64,000 nucleotides of DNA from Styela clava (lineage: Eukaryota), in NCBI RefSeq assembly GCF_964204865.1, contig NC_135261.1, positions 10,664,001 to 10,728,000 of the forward strand, given 5' to 3'. This document shows, piece after piece, positions 12,700 to 27,054 of this stretch. The position numbers and the translations under genes were made by a program. The notes beneath the pieces were generated by a model. It was not told the origin of the DNA, ran no database searches, and saw only the letters and a program-made list of their open reading frames with translations. How positions within the stretch are numbered: the stretch's first letter is position 1; each line of letters begins with the position of its first letter.

Positions 12700-13959
12700 T
12701 TCAGAGGAAACCCTACAGACGACGATCAATCTGTTGGGGTAGCTTTGCTCGTACTGGAGAGCCTGCTGATGGGTTAGAAAACTCTCTTGGAGATTTTCCT
12801 GACTGGTAACAGTATTCGTCACCATCAATGACAAAGCGGTATCTCGAAAGTATCCTCGAAACAATTTTCAGGGGATGAATCATGATTTTGATTAAGGTGA
12901 ACTTATGATGAATAATTTGCCAATAATTAAATCATGAATTGAAATACATATTTATAACTGAACGTATTTGCAATCGTAGAGGTAGAAATTAATAACATAC
13001 ATATATTCAATTTAGAAAAAAAAAGGTTATGACCAACATGTCCTCATAATATCCTGAGCATCATTTTTTTTATCGTCACTTTTCAATTCCCCAAGTTTTA
13101 CGTTAACTTAAAATAACCAAATCGGTCTGACTTTAGCACATTGTACAGTTATACTATCAACTGCCGAGCAGGATAATGGTGTTCAGCACAACACCATCGT
13201 CGGCAATATATTGTGTGCAGGCATGCATCTTTCAAAAATCCCATATTTTATTTCACCAAAGACCAAAATTTGATGAAAAATCCGATTTGTTAAAAAATCA
13301 TCTAAATTAAGAAATGAAGACCTAAAATTGAACATTTCATATGACATCGAAATATTTTGCACAAATCCTGGAATAACATAATATAAATATGTACGATTCA
13401 TAACACGCATTAAGTGGGAAAACTGTTCTAATCATAAAATATTAAATAGCTGATCCCACCTTTGGGGGTAGCCCACAGAATTTCTTTATTATTTCTCCTT
13501 TTTTTTAAGGGCTGATCCAAAGATGTCTAACTTGATTATCCGTTCATGTTGTAGTTTACAGGTGGCAAGAGTTATAGTTTGCATATTCTAAAATCGTTTA
13601 AATCTTCTAAACCATTTCATGATTTTTTTACACGAAGTAACAGCAAACCATGACTGGGAAAGTCTGCGAATCAAAGCTCCGGAAGGGTGAAATTGAGGGA
13701 AGGGTACGAGCAGGATATATGTGACTTGTGGGAAGGTATAGGATTCTGTATGGATTCAATACTGTTACCGACAACAACAGCTACCGTAGTTGCTGTAGAA
13801 CGGATCCACCGATTCACCGAACGGATTCGGACAGGCCGAACGGATTCACCGATTTTCACAACGAGTAATGCAAGATCAGACTCTCAACATTCATTTATTT
13901 TTATTTTTTCCTGCCTGCTTTCACTTTTATGGTTGAACTTGAATGTCCAGGAAGAATAA
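12700..13959 (+). pseudogene. Decayed type-B carboxylesterase-like C-terminal exons ending in a hydrophobic tail (shown for unit 2; also ~4683-5888, ~20775-22034, ~28844-30107, ~36920-38182, ~44986-49285 split by the transposon, ~56090-57277)
   Basis: ICWGSFARTGEP...FPDW*QYSS....RYLE resembles the family motif W.NFA.TG.P...W..Y...YL. LREGYEQDICDLWEGIGF resembles the terminal C.FW motif, followed by a Thr-rich stretch and SFIFIFSCLLSLLWL. Multiple in-frame stops. Motif recall only. Confidence 0.45.
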
Positions 13960-14818
13960 CCTATTATATTGATAACTGATAATAATACGTCTTTTGGCTT
14001 AAATATATTATTTAATTACCTCATTAATTAATTACCTTTTCTTTAATGTACTTTATTTCAGCTATCTGAAAATCACTCTACAATACATGAACTAACAACC
14101 TCTATTGACTTGAATAAAATACACGCAGTCAATACATCTTGCTATATGAAATCCTATTTCATAAATATATATACAAAATAGGCTATGATGGATGCTTACC
14201 TGCCCTTTCACCTCAATTAATTCATTTATATATTTTACCATATTTTCATGCATATTTTGAGGTTGTTTTTTCGAGTTGCGCCTAAAAGTGGTTTGCGTGT
14301 TTAAAACTATAATTTCACATGACATTTAACGGTATTAATTCCGAATGTCAACCCAGGTAGATCCAAATTTTAACTTCGTTCCATGACTCCAATATTAGGA
14401 AAACGTTGCGTCTTCAAAAAGTTTGGGTTACTACTGTTTGATGAATAAAGTTGAATAAAATCCAGAAAAACACATTTAGTGTTACAACAACGTACAATGT
14501 TTTTGAAATTTGTTCCGGAGAATACAAGCAAACGAACAGTAACCCCAACACCTGTTTCGCATAGTCGTTCCCGAAGTTGGCGATTAATCATCATTGGCTT
14601 TTAAAAACTATTATGACGTCATATTGGATATTACGCATTGAGCCAAATACAAAAATGACGTTGTACTTGTGTTTTTAATTTGTAAACTGAATTTATTAAG
14701 ATCGGATGCCCTTGATTCTTCTAATTATATTCTCCAAGTTTTTTGTTACTATAAGTTGAGGTAATGTTTCCTAATTATCAATAAAATACCAGTCTTTCGA
14801 AACAGGAATGTACTAGAG

Positions 14819-15671
14819 CAGGGGTCGGCCTACGGCCCGCGGGCCAGATCCGGTCCGCGGAGTAAAATAATCCAGCCCGCGATTCTTTACTGAATTATAG
14901 TAAGAAATCGGCTGTTTTGATAATTATATTCTTTACGTAACAGAATTTATTGTAAGTCACGTGTAAACTAATTTATACTATAACCTAACAAGTAAATAAG
15001 TAGGCTACTCGTTTATTAATTATAATTAGACAAATGGCAACAAACCGCAGAATAGTTTATTCTAAGTGCAAAGGGTTCAATGGCGCAGAAAATATTTAAA
15101 TGAATTTTATTGAGATGAGGAAATAAACTTATATTCCTTTTTAAGAAATGTATCTTTGCTTGATTTTTATAAAAAAGTATCTTCTTGAAAGAAAACCTTA
15201 CCCCAATTTGAGTGACAAATCATGCGAATAATTTTCTATCGATGTTTGGAAGTACATATGCACGCGAACAATTATTTCAGAAAACGAACATTACAAAGAA
15301 CAAGCTGAAAATTCGGATTAGTGATGCCCATTTATAAAAGGTTTTTATCTTGGCTTCATTCAGTGTCCCATTCAGAAAACGTTTCCCATTCAGTGATGTT
15401 GAAAACGTATTAAGCGGGTTGCAACAAAAAGTGTCACATTAAATGTCATTTGTAATTTTTCTTCTCAAGTAAAACGACTAAGTTGAGTTCACGAGTTGTC
15501 GCAGTCTTCGCACGCTACTTAAATCTTAAAATGTCAACATCTGATCTGATCAAAAAATTGCGATTAATCGGCCATACCTTCGGTTTTTAACTTTCTAAAA
15601 ATATGTGACACCCAACAAGACTTGCAACCTTTAATTTTGGTCCGCGAGCGACAAAAGGTTGCCGACATCAT
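14819..15671 (+). mobile_element. Decayed hAT element, unit 2
   Basis: Copy of 6747-7595; left end CAGGGGTCGGC is partly complementary to right GCCGAC. Confidence 0.75.
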
Positions 15672-16329
15672 AAAGTTTTCTTATATGGTGCACAAATATC
15701 ACCAGTATGTTATTAAGATATACTAATTGTGGAATTTGGCAATAATATGATTGTTCTGAGACATTCTTTTTAATCTAATTCCATTTCTCATCCAACATTT
15801 GTCATTCTTGAACCTAACAATTTGACCTGTATTTCCCATTTTGATTTCTTGTGCATCGCTCAGAGTTTCATCTCAAGTTATCAATTTTTAGAAGTACAAT
15901 TTCAATGAGAAGTTTGAAAGAATCGGTTGTGCTTGAAAAGAATTTGGGAAATGAATTTTTGGCACAACAGCTTTTTCTACTATTTGCACCCTGGCGTTAC
16001 CGGGTCGCAAATAAAGGAGATTACAAGGAGTATGAAGCATGCATGTTGAAAAATAAAGCGCCTTGTGCTTTGCGAAGTATGTAACTGATGTTATTGCATG
16101 ATACAATTTTACATGTAAATGTATAGAAATAGAGTTCAATCCACACGTACTTTCAAATCCCGGTCACCAAAGATGCCTCTAACCACATTATAACACTTCT
16201 ATTTGCATTTGCTTAGAATTTATTGTCAATATCAGCAGATGGTAAAGGCAATTGGCATAAATTCATCAGCCTAATCTAAAACTAAGATATTTCCAAGGTC
16301 GTTTGTCGTTCGGTTGATGTCGGCGGTGT

Positions 16330-18985
16330 TTATATACATCTGACATATCTGAAGCATCCGTCATACTTGACAATGCGGTAGGATTTGTACGTGCTGAAAT
16401 AGGATTATGTTAAACAGGAAAAACTCTGATTCAATTCAATTACAAAACGAACTAAGCCTTACCAGAATTGCTTGTAAGCAAAGCAATAAGAAGAAGACGT
16501 GGGCAACACGCATCCATAATTATAGGTGATCTTAAGTTCTCGAAGTTGCACACAGTATGTACATTTGAATCCACAAGCATAATGCTCCTTCAGATCACTG
16601 AGATGTTTCCCCCAGTCTTGTTCAATCTTGGTCACTATGTCGGTGTGTTCTTTCTTCGTTTTCTCTTCGTAGGCGTTGTACAATTTTTGAGCTTCGTTGC
16701 CGAGTGGTTTGCCCATATAAAATTCAAGCAGTTTCAAATACTGTTCCGTTCTGAGTTGGGCAATCTAAACATTTTTGCAAGAATTATATAAATATAAATA
16801 CATATTTTAAACAAAATTTCACACTGTCAACCTTTTCCAATCTCTCTGTAATGCATTTCAGTCTTCTTTCAAACCCTTCCGATAAGCACTTTACGTAGCT
16901 TTCGATCTTTGTCTTTCTGGTAGATAGGCATGTTGCATATTGTGCAACATATTTGGCAATTCGCTCATTGAGCCTTTGCTCGTGGCAACCAATCATGTCA
17001 GTGTATGCCTTGGAAGCGCGAGAAAGGCGCTCCCCAAGCTTTTTTTCATACTCTGCAATCGCTTTTTTCTTTTGTTCGTCCAATGATTTCTGATATTCTT
17101 CTAGTGAAGTCAAGTTATCTGCTGTGATGCAATTGTTTCTGGAAATATAAAGAGCAACTGAGCCAAATGTCATCTTATGATATACTTATTCACCGTGACA
17201 CTTACTGTACTAAGTAATTTGCTTTATAATACGTTATTAAACATTTGTGTCTCTCATCAACAATCTTTTTGAAAGACTCCAATGCCTTCTGATTAGTTAT
17301 TTTTGCTTGCGCATACCAATCATCATATGTTTTCTTCATGGATTCAATTATTGTCTTAGCTTTATTATCAAGGTCTTCTTTGAATTTTTGTTCGGTGATA
17401 TTAACTTCATCTTAAGTGTAAGAAAATCATTAAATTCAGTGAAACATAAAGACAATTGAGCAAACGTTTTAGGACTTGCACTAACCGGTTTCACATTTTT
17501 TCAGCTCCTTGTATTTGATTGTCCTGTATTGGAATTTGTAGGTCAAGAAACGGAAGCAACTTCTTTGGGTGGTAATTTTGTACGTCCACCATTTCCCGAT
17601 ACTTCGGCTATAAAGAAAAAACCAAGAGTAGAATTATATTGATATATACTATTTACCTAACATTTATTTATAATTACCAATTGGTGTAAAATTGACTTCT
17701 GCCAAAACAGAGAGTTCCGCCGTATGCGCACTGATAAGCGCATGCGTAGCTTTTTACAAGTTCTCCGATAGCTGCAGTTAGCTTCGCGGTGTATTCGTCC
17801 AACTGTGTTTGATATGATTGAGTTTCTTTAGTTTTGAAAGCCTCCAAAACTGCATTAACGTCTGCTCCGTTCCAATCCTCAGAACCTAAATGTAAAGTTC
17901 CATTGTGAATAAAATTATGTTCAAAATTCGAAAGAATAGAAAAAACTTACAATGGGCTCTGTATATCAGTTTTTGGAACACTTGAGATCTCTGTTTTACG
18001 ATGGCTTCCATGACACATTTATATTTTGTCTCGTACTCTGTCACGCGCTTTTCGAGAGCTTTTTTGTATTCTTCTATTTTAGCTAAACGAGTGGTGAAGC
18101 ATGTAACAGACCTGAAATAAGAAAGGTTCGAATTTTAGTTCTCTTGTAAACGGACTTTTAAACTTACAGTAACTCACCTCTCGACAAGTTTTTCGTGATA
18201 TTCCAGCACACAAGCGTATCTTTTCTTCATGTCATCGTTATAATTTTTTTTTGCTTCTTCCAACAATGAATCTAGTTTTGTATTATAATTTTCAATAGCC
18301 TTCTTGTTGGTCTGCTTCATTTCTTCTGACTCTTCCTGCAATCCCGTAATTCTAAAAATTCACGATGTTAGTAATTTGAGTAAGAAAAGAATACGTAAGA
18401 AAGAATTGTAAGAAGAAATACAAACTTCAAATACTGCTTTGTATATTCCTCGATAGCGTCTTCGTGCTTTGTCTTTGCCTCGGTATTTTGATTTGTTGCA
18501 GTTTCAACCCAATCTTCATATTTTTGTTGCATATCAAGATATATTTTATCGGCCACTTCTTTCAATTGTTTTTTAACTTCAGTTTCAAAAACGGCGACCG
18601 TCATCTCTATAATACAAAAATTCATGCCTCAAAATGTGTGTTTTTCAAATTATTCAGCAAAACATATCAAGATACAATTCAGAATTACCTTCGAATCCAT
18701 CCTCTGTGCATTTCTCTCCTGGATAGCTCTTCAGAACATTAGAGTAATATTTCGTTGTGAACCAAGCAGGACAGTAGTAGCTTCGGAAACTGTAGCATCC
18801 GTAATTGATTCGGTAAAATTGTCCGACATTGTAAGTAACATATCCACAATGACTCGGTTGGTATAGAGCGGCATTGGCAACCTGTAAACATTATAATTTA
18901 GGCAAAATTGATAAAAAGAAACGAAGGGCACTATTTATCAAATACTTACGGCCAAACAGCCTAGAAGTAACAATAAAATCTTCAT
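16330..18985 (-). CDS. Same 11-exon secreted helical Cys-rich protein, copy 3
   Basis: Colinear, frame intact; variants YNYRC>YNYGC, KKCVT>KKCET, SER>SEG. Confidence 0.88.
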
Positions 18986-21900
18986 GATCGTCTTTATTCA
19001 GGTTGTTGAACAACGACTTGTCGAATCCCTGTTGTGCGCTTGTATATATGGGATTTCTTCCCTCTCTTCAAAATCCAAGTACCAGCTCCTTTATGTTTTA
19101 ATGTTACTTTAGTGAGCTCTTATCTCGACCACAATGATTGAAATTGTCAGAAGCGCAACAAATGTTTACCTCGAATCGCTATGCCGTAGTTATAACAGAA
19201 AGTTCAGTTTATTTCATTTAAATCTTCCATCATTGTGCATTTAGTAAAAAGGTAATTGTTAATTAATCTTTTTATTGTGAAGTACATTATTTTTCAACTA
19301 ATAAGATACCACTTCGACATAGCTATTCACTTCATCAGTACGCATTGTTTATATAAATATAACTTCAGGGTTGAAGATAGTTAGTCAATAGCTATTACAT
19401 CCAATTGAACAGCATTACTAAAAAAATAGAAGTTTTTCAACAACACTTTATTTTTATTATTCACTCTTTGGTATACGCATACAATTGTTTTAACAGCAAA
19501 ATGTACGACTTTTGAATCATAGATTGATTGACGTTCTCATGCTTGACAGCGTCAATCAATCAGAAAAATTTCCTGATCATATAAGCATTAACAATGTATC
19601 TGGAATAGCCATATTGAATGGACACTGTAATATGAGTTATTCGGACATGGATTGTGCACACGAAGAATATTTCACTCGTTGTCAGTGGTATTGGAGTTGG
19701 GAATTATCTTTTCACCTCCAAAATGATAAATCGGAAATTGGTGTAGAATACTCCAATTAATTTAAAAATGAATTTTATGTTCTGTTTAATTGCTGGCATT
19801 TAAACATATATATATCTAACGCCAACGACAACCTCTAAATGAAAAGATAACGATTGTATTAATATCGGGATCGACACAAAACAGGATTATACAGAACTCG
19901 ACGACGTTCGTCGACAACACCAATAAAGTCGAAATATCCAGTTTCATAACGTTTCGTCATAGGTCTCAAAGTCGAAAATTTTATTTCCGAATTCGGAATT
20001 CTCAAAACATTCGAATCCTACTTCAATATGATAAAGTTGGAAAGTACTAAATATTTTTAGTGTATTTCCATCATATTCAAAGCAAAAACACAAAATGTTG
20101 AGTTATAAATTATATTTTTAATCAAGAGCTGTCATATCCGTATAAATAATATCACAAATAAACCATTTGTTTTTGACGAAGCACTTATATCCTTATGTTA
20201 GAACAAGCAGTTTATTTTGCATATTCGTATGCAAGTAAAACGTTGATGTTACGATAGATTGATTGACGTTGTCATTCTCCGAGAATACTGAATCCCAAAA
20301 GAATATTTCAACTACTTACCTAGCATCTAGTGGACAGTTCCATATCGGGCGCCTCTAAATATATGGACTTCAAGATATTTTTTTGTAATTCGAAACAAAT
20401 TTCCAAACATCATCAATATTTCCCGGATTCTCCTCATGCATAAATATTTCTATTACTGAAAATATTCAATATGCTAATGTGCAGCTCAACTTTTGACGCG
20501 CGTCAAATATTGTTTGACAACGTCAATCAAACAAAACATGTAATTGTTTAGATAATAGATGCTCAAAAATTGTAAGCAAAACAATGTTTGTGATTACACC
20601 CTGTAGGAAGTGGATAATTGAGAACCGAAGATCAGCCATCATCAGAATTTGTTAAAGCTCGTCAGTTGTCAAATATCATATTAATTAAAAGGCTATATCA
20701 TGATATTAGTTCATGAAATGGTTTATTTTTACTGCCTAATAACCGGTAACCAAGACTGAAACAAGCAAATTAAATTCAGAGGAAACCCTACAGACGACGA
20801 TCAATCTGTTGGGGTAGCTTTGCTCGTACTGGAGAGCCTGCTGATGGGTTAGAAAACTCTCTTGGAGATTTTCCTGACTGGTAACAGTATTCGTCACCAT
20901 CAATGACAAAGCGGTATCTCGAAAGTATCCTCGAAACAATTTTCAGGGGATGAATCATGATTTTGATTAAGGTGAACTTATGATGAATAATTTGCCAATA
21001 ATTAAATCATGAATTGAAATACATATTTATAACTGAACGTATTTGCAATCGTAGAGGTAGAAATTAATAACATACATATATTCAATTTAGAAAAAAAAAG
21101 GTTATGACCAACATGTCCTCATAATATCCTGAGCATCATTTTTTTTATCGTCACTTTTCAATTCCCCAAGTTTTACGTTAACTTAAAATAACCAAATCGG
21201 TCTGACTTTAGCACATTGTACAGTTATACTATCAACTGCCGAGCAGGATAATGGTGTACAGCACAACACCATCGTCGGCAATATATTGTGTGCAGGCATG
21301 CATCTTTCAAAAATCCCATATTTTATTTCACCAAAGACCAAAATTTGATGAAAAATCCGATTTGTTAAAAAATCATCTAAATTAAGAAATGAAGACCTAA
21401 AATTGAACATTTCATATGACATTGAATTATTTTGCACAAATCCTGGAATAACATAATATAAATATGTACGATTCATAACATGCATTAAGTGGGAAAACTG
21501 TTCTAATCATAAAATATTAAATAGCTGATCCCACCTTTGGGGGTAGCCCACAGAATTTCTTTATTATTTCTCCTTTTTTTTAAGGGCTGATCCAAAGATG
21601 TCTAACTTGATTATCCGTTCATGTTGTAGTTTACAGGTGGCAAGAGTTATAGCTTGCATATTCTAAAATCGTTTAAATCTTCTAAACCATTTCATGATTT
21701 TTTTACACGAAGTAACAACAAACCATGACTGGGAAAGTCTGCGAATCAAAGCTCCGGAAGGGTGAAATTGAGGGAAGGGTACGAGCAGGATATATGTGAC
21801 TTGTGGGAAGGTATAGGATTCTGTATGGATTCAATACTGTTACCGACAACAACAGCTACCGTAGTTGCTGTAGAACGGATCCACCGATTCACCGAACGGA

Positions 21901-22893
21901 TTCGGACAGGCCGAACGGATTCACCGATTTTCACAACGAGTAATGCAAGATCAGACTCTCAACATTCATTTATTTTTATTTTTTCCTGCCTGCTTTCACT
22001 TTTATGGTTGAACTTGAATGTCCAGGAAGAATAACCTATTATATTGATAACTGATAATAATACGTCTTTTGGCTTAAATATATTATTTAATTACCTCATT
22101 AATTAATTACCTTTTCTTTAATGTACTTTATTTCAGCTATCTGAGAATCACTCTACAATACATGAACTAACCACCTCTATTGACTTGAATAAAATACACG
22201 CAGTCAATACATCTTGCTATATGAAATCCTATTTCATAAATATATATACCAAATAGGCTATGATGGATGCTTACCTGCCCTTTCACCCCAATTAATTCAT
22301 TTATATATTTTACCATATTTTTATGCATATTTTGAGGTTGTTTTTTCGAGTTGCGCCTAAAAGTGGTTTGCGTGTTTAAAACTATAATTTCACATGACAT
22401 TTAACGGTATTAATTCCGAATGTCAACCCAGGTAGATCCAAATTTTAACTTCGTTCCATGACTCCAATATTAGGAAAACGTTGCGTCTTCAAAAAGTTTG
22501 GGTTACTACTGTTTGATGAATAAAGTTGAATAAAATCCAGAAAAACACATTTAGTGTTACAACAACGTACAATGTTTTTGAAATTTGTTCCGGAGAATAC
22601 AAGCAAACGAACAGTAACTCCAACACCTGTTTCGCATAGTCGTTCCCGAAGTTGGCGATTAATCATCATTGGCTTTTAAAAACTATTATGACGTCATATT
22701 GGATATTACGCATTGAGCCAAATACAAAAATGACGTTGTACTTGTGTTTTTAATTTGTAAACTGAATTTATTAAGATCGGATGCCCTTGATTCTTCTAAT
22801 TATATTCTCCAAGTTTTTTGTTACTATAAGTTGAGGTAATGTTTCCTAATTATCAATAAAATACCAGTCTTTCGAAACAGGAATGTACTAGAG

Positions 22894-23746
22894 CAGGGGT
22901 CGGCCTACGGCCCGCGGGCCAGATCCGGTCCGCGGAGTAAAATAATCCAGCCCGCGATTCTTTACTGAATTATAGTAAGAAATCGGCTGTTTTGATAATT
23001 ATATTCTTTACGTAACGGAATTTATTGTAAGTCACGTGTAAACTAATTTATACTATAACCTAACAAGTAAATAAGTAGGCTACTCGTTTATTAATTATAA
23101 TTAGACAAATGGCAACAAACCGCAGAATAGTTTATGCTAAGTGCAAAGGGTTCAATGGCGCAGAAAATATTTAAATGAATTTTATTGAGATGAAGAAATA
23201 AATTTATATTTCTTTTTAAGAAATGTATCTTTGCTTGATTTTTATAAAAAAGTATCTTCTTGAAAGAAAACCTTACCCCAATTTGAGTGACAAATCATGC
23301 GAATAACTTTCTATCGATGTTTGGAAGTACATATGTACGCGAACAATTATTTCAGAAAACGAACATTACAAATAACAAGCTGAGAATTCGGATTAGTGAT
23401 GCCCATTTATAAAATGTTTTTATCTTGGCTTCATTCAGTGTCCCATTCAGAAAACGTTTCCCATTCAGTGACGTTGAAAACGTATTAAGCGGGTTGCAAC
23501 AAAAAGTGTCACATTAAATGTCATTTGTAATTTTTCTTCTCAAGTAAAACGATTAAGTTGAGTTCACGAGTTGTCGCAGTCTTCGCACGCTGCTTAAATC
23601 CTAAAATGTCAACATCTGATCTGATCAAAAAATTGCGATTAATCGGCCATACCTTCGGTTCTTAACTTTCAAAAAATATGTGTCACCCAACAAGACTCGC
23701 AACCTTTAGTTTTGGTCCACGAGCGACAAAAGGTTGCCGACATCAT
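22894..23746 (+). mobile_element. Decayed hAT element, unit 3
   Basis: Copy of 6747-7595. Confidence 0.75.
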
Positions 23747-24405
23747 AAAGTTTTCTTATATGGTGCACAAATATCACCAGTATGTTATTAAGATATACTA
23801 ATTGTGGAATTTGGCAATAATATGATTGTTCTGAGACATTCTTTTTAATATAATTCCATTTCTCATCCAACATTTGTCATTTCTGAACCTAACAATTTGA
23901 CCTGTATTTCCCATTTTGATTTCTTGTGCATCGCTCAGAGTTTCATCTCAAGTTATCAATTTTTAGAAGTACAATTTCAATGAGAAGTTTGAAAGTATCG
24001 GTTGTGCTTTAATAGGGATTTGGGAAATAAATTTTCGGCACAACAGCTTTTTCTACTATTTGCACCCTGGCGTTACCGGGTCGCAAATAAAGGGGGTTAC
24101 AAGGAGTATGAAACATGCATGTTGAAAAATAAAGCGCCTTGTGCTTTGCGAAGTATGTAACTGATGTTATTGCGTGATACAATTTTACATGTAAATGTAT
24201 AGATATAGTGTTCAATCCACACGTACTTTCAAATCCCGGTCACCAAAGATGCCTCTAACCACATTATAACACTTCTATTTGCATTTGCTTAGAATTTATT
24301 GTCAATATCAGCAGATGGTAAAGGCAATTGGCATAAATTCATCAGCCTAATCTAAAACTAAGATATTTCCATGGTCGTATGTCGTTCGGTTGATGTCGGC
24401 GGTGT

Positions 24406-27054
24406 TTATATACATCTGACATATCTGAAGCATCCGTCATACTTGACAATGCGGTAGGATTTGTACGTGCTGAAATAGGATTATGTTAAACAGGAAAAAC
24501 TCTGATTCAATTCAATTACAAAACTAACTAAGACTTACCAGAATTGCTTGTAAGCAAAGCAATAAGAAGAAGACGTGGGCAACACGCATCGATAATTATA
24601 GGTGATCTTAAGTTCTCGAAGTTGCACACAGTATGTACATTTGAATCCACAAGCATAATGCTCCTTCAGATCACTGAGATGTTTCCCCCAGTCTTGTTCA
24701 ATCTTGGTCACTATGTCGGTGTGTTCTTTCTTCGTTTTCTCTTCGTAGGCGTTGTACAATTTTTGAGCTTCGTTGCCGAGTGGTTTGCCCATATAAAATT
24801 CAAGCAGTTTCAAATACTGTTCCGTTCTGAGTTGGGCAATCTAAACATTTTTGCAAGAATTATATAAATATAAATACATATTTTAAACAAAATGTCACGC
24901 TGTCAACCTTTTCCAATCTCTCTGTAATGCATTTCAGTCTTCTTTCAAACCGTTCCGATAAGCACTTTACATAGCTTTCGATCTTTGTCTTTCTGGTAGA
25001 TAGGCATGTTGCATATTGTGCAACATATTTGGCAATTCGCTCATTGAGCCTTTGCTCGTGGCAACCAATCATGTCAGTGTATGCCTTGGAAGCGCGAGAA
25101 AGGCGCTCCCCAAGCTTTTTTTCATACTCTGCAATCGCTTTTTTCTTTTGTTCGTCCAATGATTTCTGATATTCTTCTAGGGAAGTCAAGTTATCTGCTG
25201 TGATGCAATTGTTTCTGGAAATATAAAGAGCAACTGAGCCAAATGTCATCTTATGATATACTTATTCACCGTGACACTTACTGTACTAAGTAATTTGCTT
25301 TATAATACGTTATCAAACATTTGTGTCTCTCATCAACAATCTTTTTGAAAGACTCCAATGCCTTCTGATTAGTTATTTTTGCTTGCGCATACCAATCATC
25401 ATATGTTTTCTTCATGGATTCAATTATTGTCTTAGCTTTATTATCAAGGTCTTCTTTGAATTTTTGTTCGGTGATATTAACTTCATCTTAAGTGTAATAA
25501 AAACATTAAATTCAGTGAAACATAAAGACAATTGAGCAAACGTTTTAGGACTTGCACTAACCGGTTACACATTTTTTCAGCTCCTTGTATTTGATTGTCC
25601 TGTATTGAAATTTGTAGGTCAAGAAACGGAAGCAACTTCTTTGGGTAGTAATTTTGTACGTCCACCATTTCCCGATACTTCGACTATAAAGAAAAAACCA
25701 AGAGTAGAATTATATTGATATATACTATTTACCTGCCATTTATTTATAATTACCAATTGGTGTAAAATTGACTTCTGCCAAAACAGAGAGTTCCGCCGTA
25801 TGCGCACTGATAAGCGCATGCGTAGCTTTTTACAAGTTCTCCGATAGCTGCAGTTAGCTTCGCGGTGTATTCGTCCAACTGTGTTTGATATGATAAAGTT
25901 TCTTTAGTTTTGAAAGCCTCCAAAACTGCATTAACGTCTGCTCCGTTCCAATCCTCAGAACCTAAATGTAAAGTTCCATTATGAATAAAAGTATGTGCAA
26001 AATTCGAAAGAATAGAAAAAACTTACAATGGGCTCTGTATATGAGTTTTTGGAACACTTCAGATCTTTGTTTTACGATGGCTTCCATGACACATTTATAT
26101 TTTGTCTCATACTCTGTCACGCGCTTTTCGAGAGCTTTTTTGTATTCTTCTATTTTAGCTAAACGAGTGTTGAAGCATGTAACAGACCTGAAATAAGAAA
26201 GGTTCGAATTTTTTGTTCTCTTGTAAACGAACTTTTGAACTTACAGTAACACACCTCTCGACAAGTTTTTTGTGATATTCCTGCACACAAGCGAATCTTT
26301 TCTGCATGTCATCGTTATAATTTTTTTTTGCTTCTTCCAACAATGAATCTAGTTTTGTATTATAATTTTCAATAGCCTTCTTGTTGGTCTCCTTCATTTC
26401 TTCTGACTCTTCCTGCAATCCCGTAATTCTAAAAATTCACGATGTTAGTAATTTGAGTAAGAAAAGAATACGTAAGAAAGAATTGTAAGAAGAAATACAA
26501 ACTTCAAATACTGCTTTGCATATTCCTCGATAGCGTCTTCGTGCTTTGTCTTTGCCTCGGTATTTTGATTTGTTGCAGTTTCAACCCAATCCCCCTTTTT
26601 TTGTTGCATATCAAGATATATTTTATCGGCCACTTCTTTCAATTGTTTTTTAACTTCAGTTTCAAAAACGGCCACCGTCATCTCTATAATACAAAAAATC
26701 ATGCCTCAAAATGTGTGTTTCTCAAATTATTCAGAAAAACATACAATTCAGAATTACCTTCGAATCCATCCTCTGTGCATTTCTCTCCTGGATAGCTCTT
26801 CAGAACATTAGAGTAATATTTCGTTGTGAACCAAGCAGGACAGTAGTAGCTTCGGAAACTGTAGCATCCGTAATTGATTCGGTAAAATTGTCCGACATTG
26901 TAAGTAACATATCCACAATGACTCGGTTGGTATAGAGCGGCATTGGCAACCTGTAAACATTATAATTTAGGCAAAATTGATAAAAAGAAACGAAGGGCAC
27001 TATTTATCAAATACTTACGGCCAAACAGCCTAGAAGTAACAATAAAATCTTCAT
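24406..27054 (-). CDS. Same 11-exon secreted helical Cys-rich protein, copy 4 (variant exon 3-6 haplotype)
   Basis: Colinear, frame intact; QQKYEDW>QQKKGDW, KKRYACVLEYHEK>QKRFACVQEYHKK; 8-bp deletion in intron 2. Confidence 0.87.
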
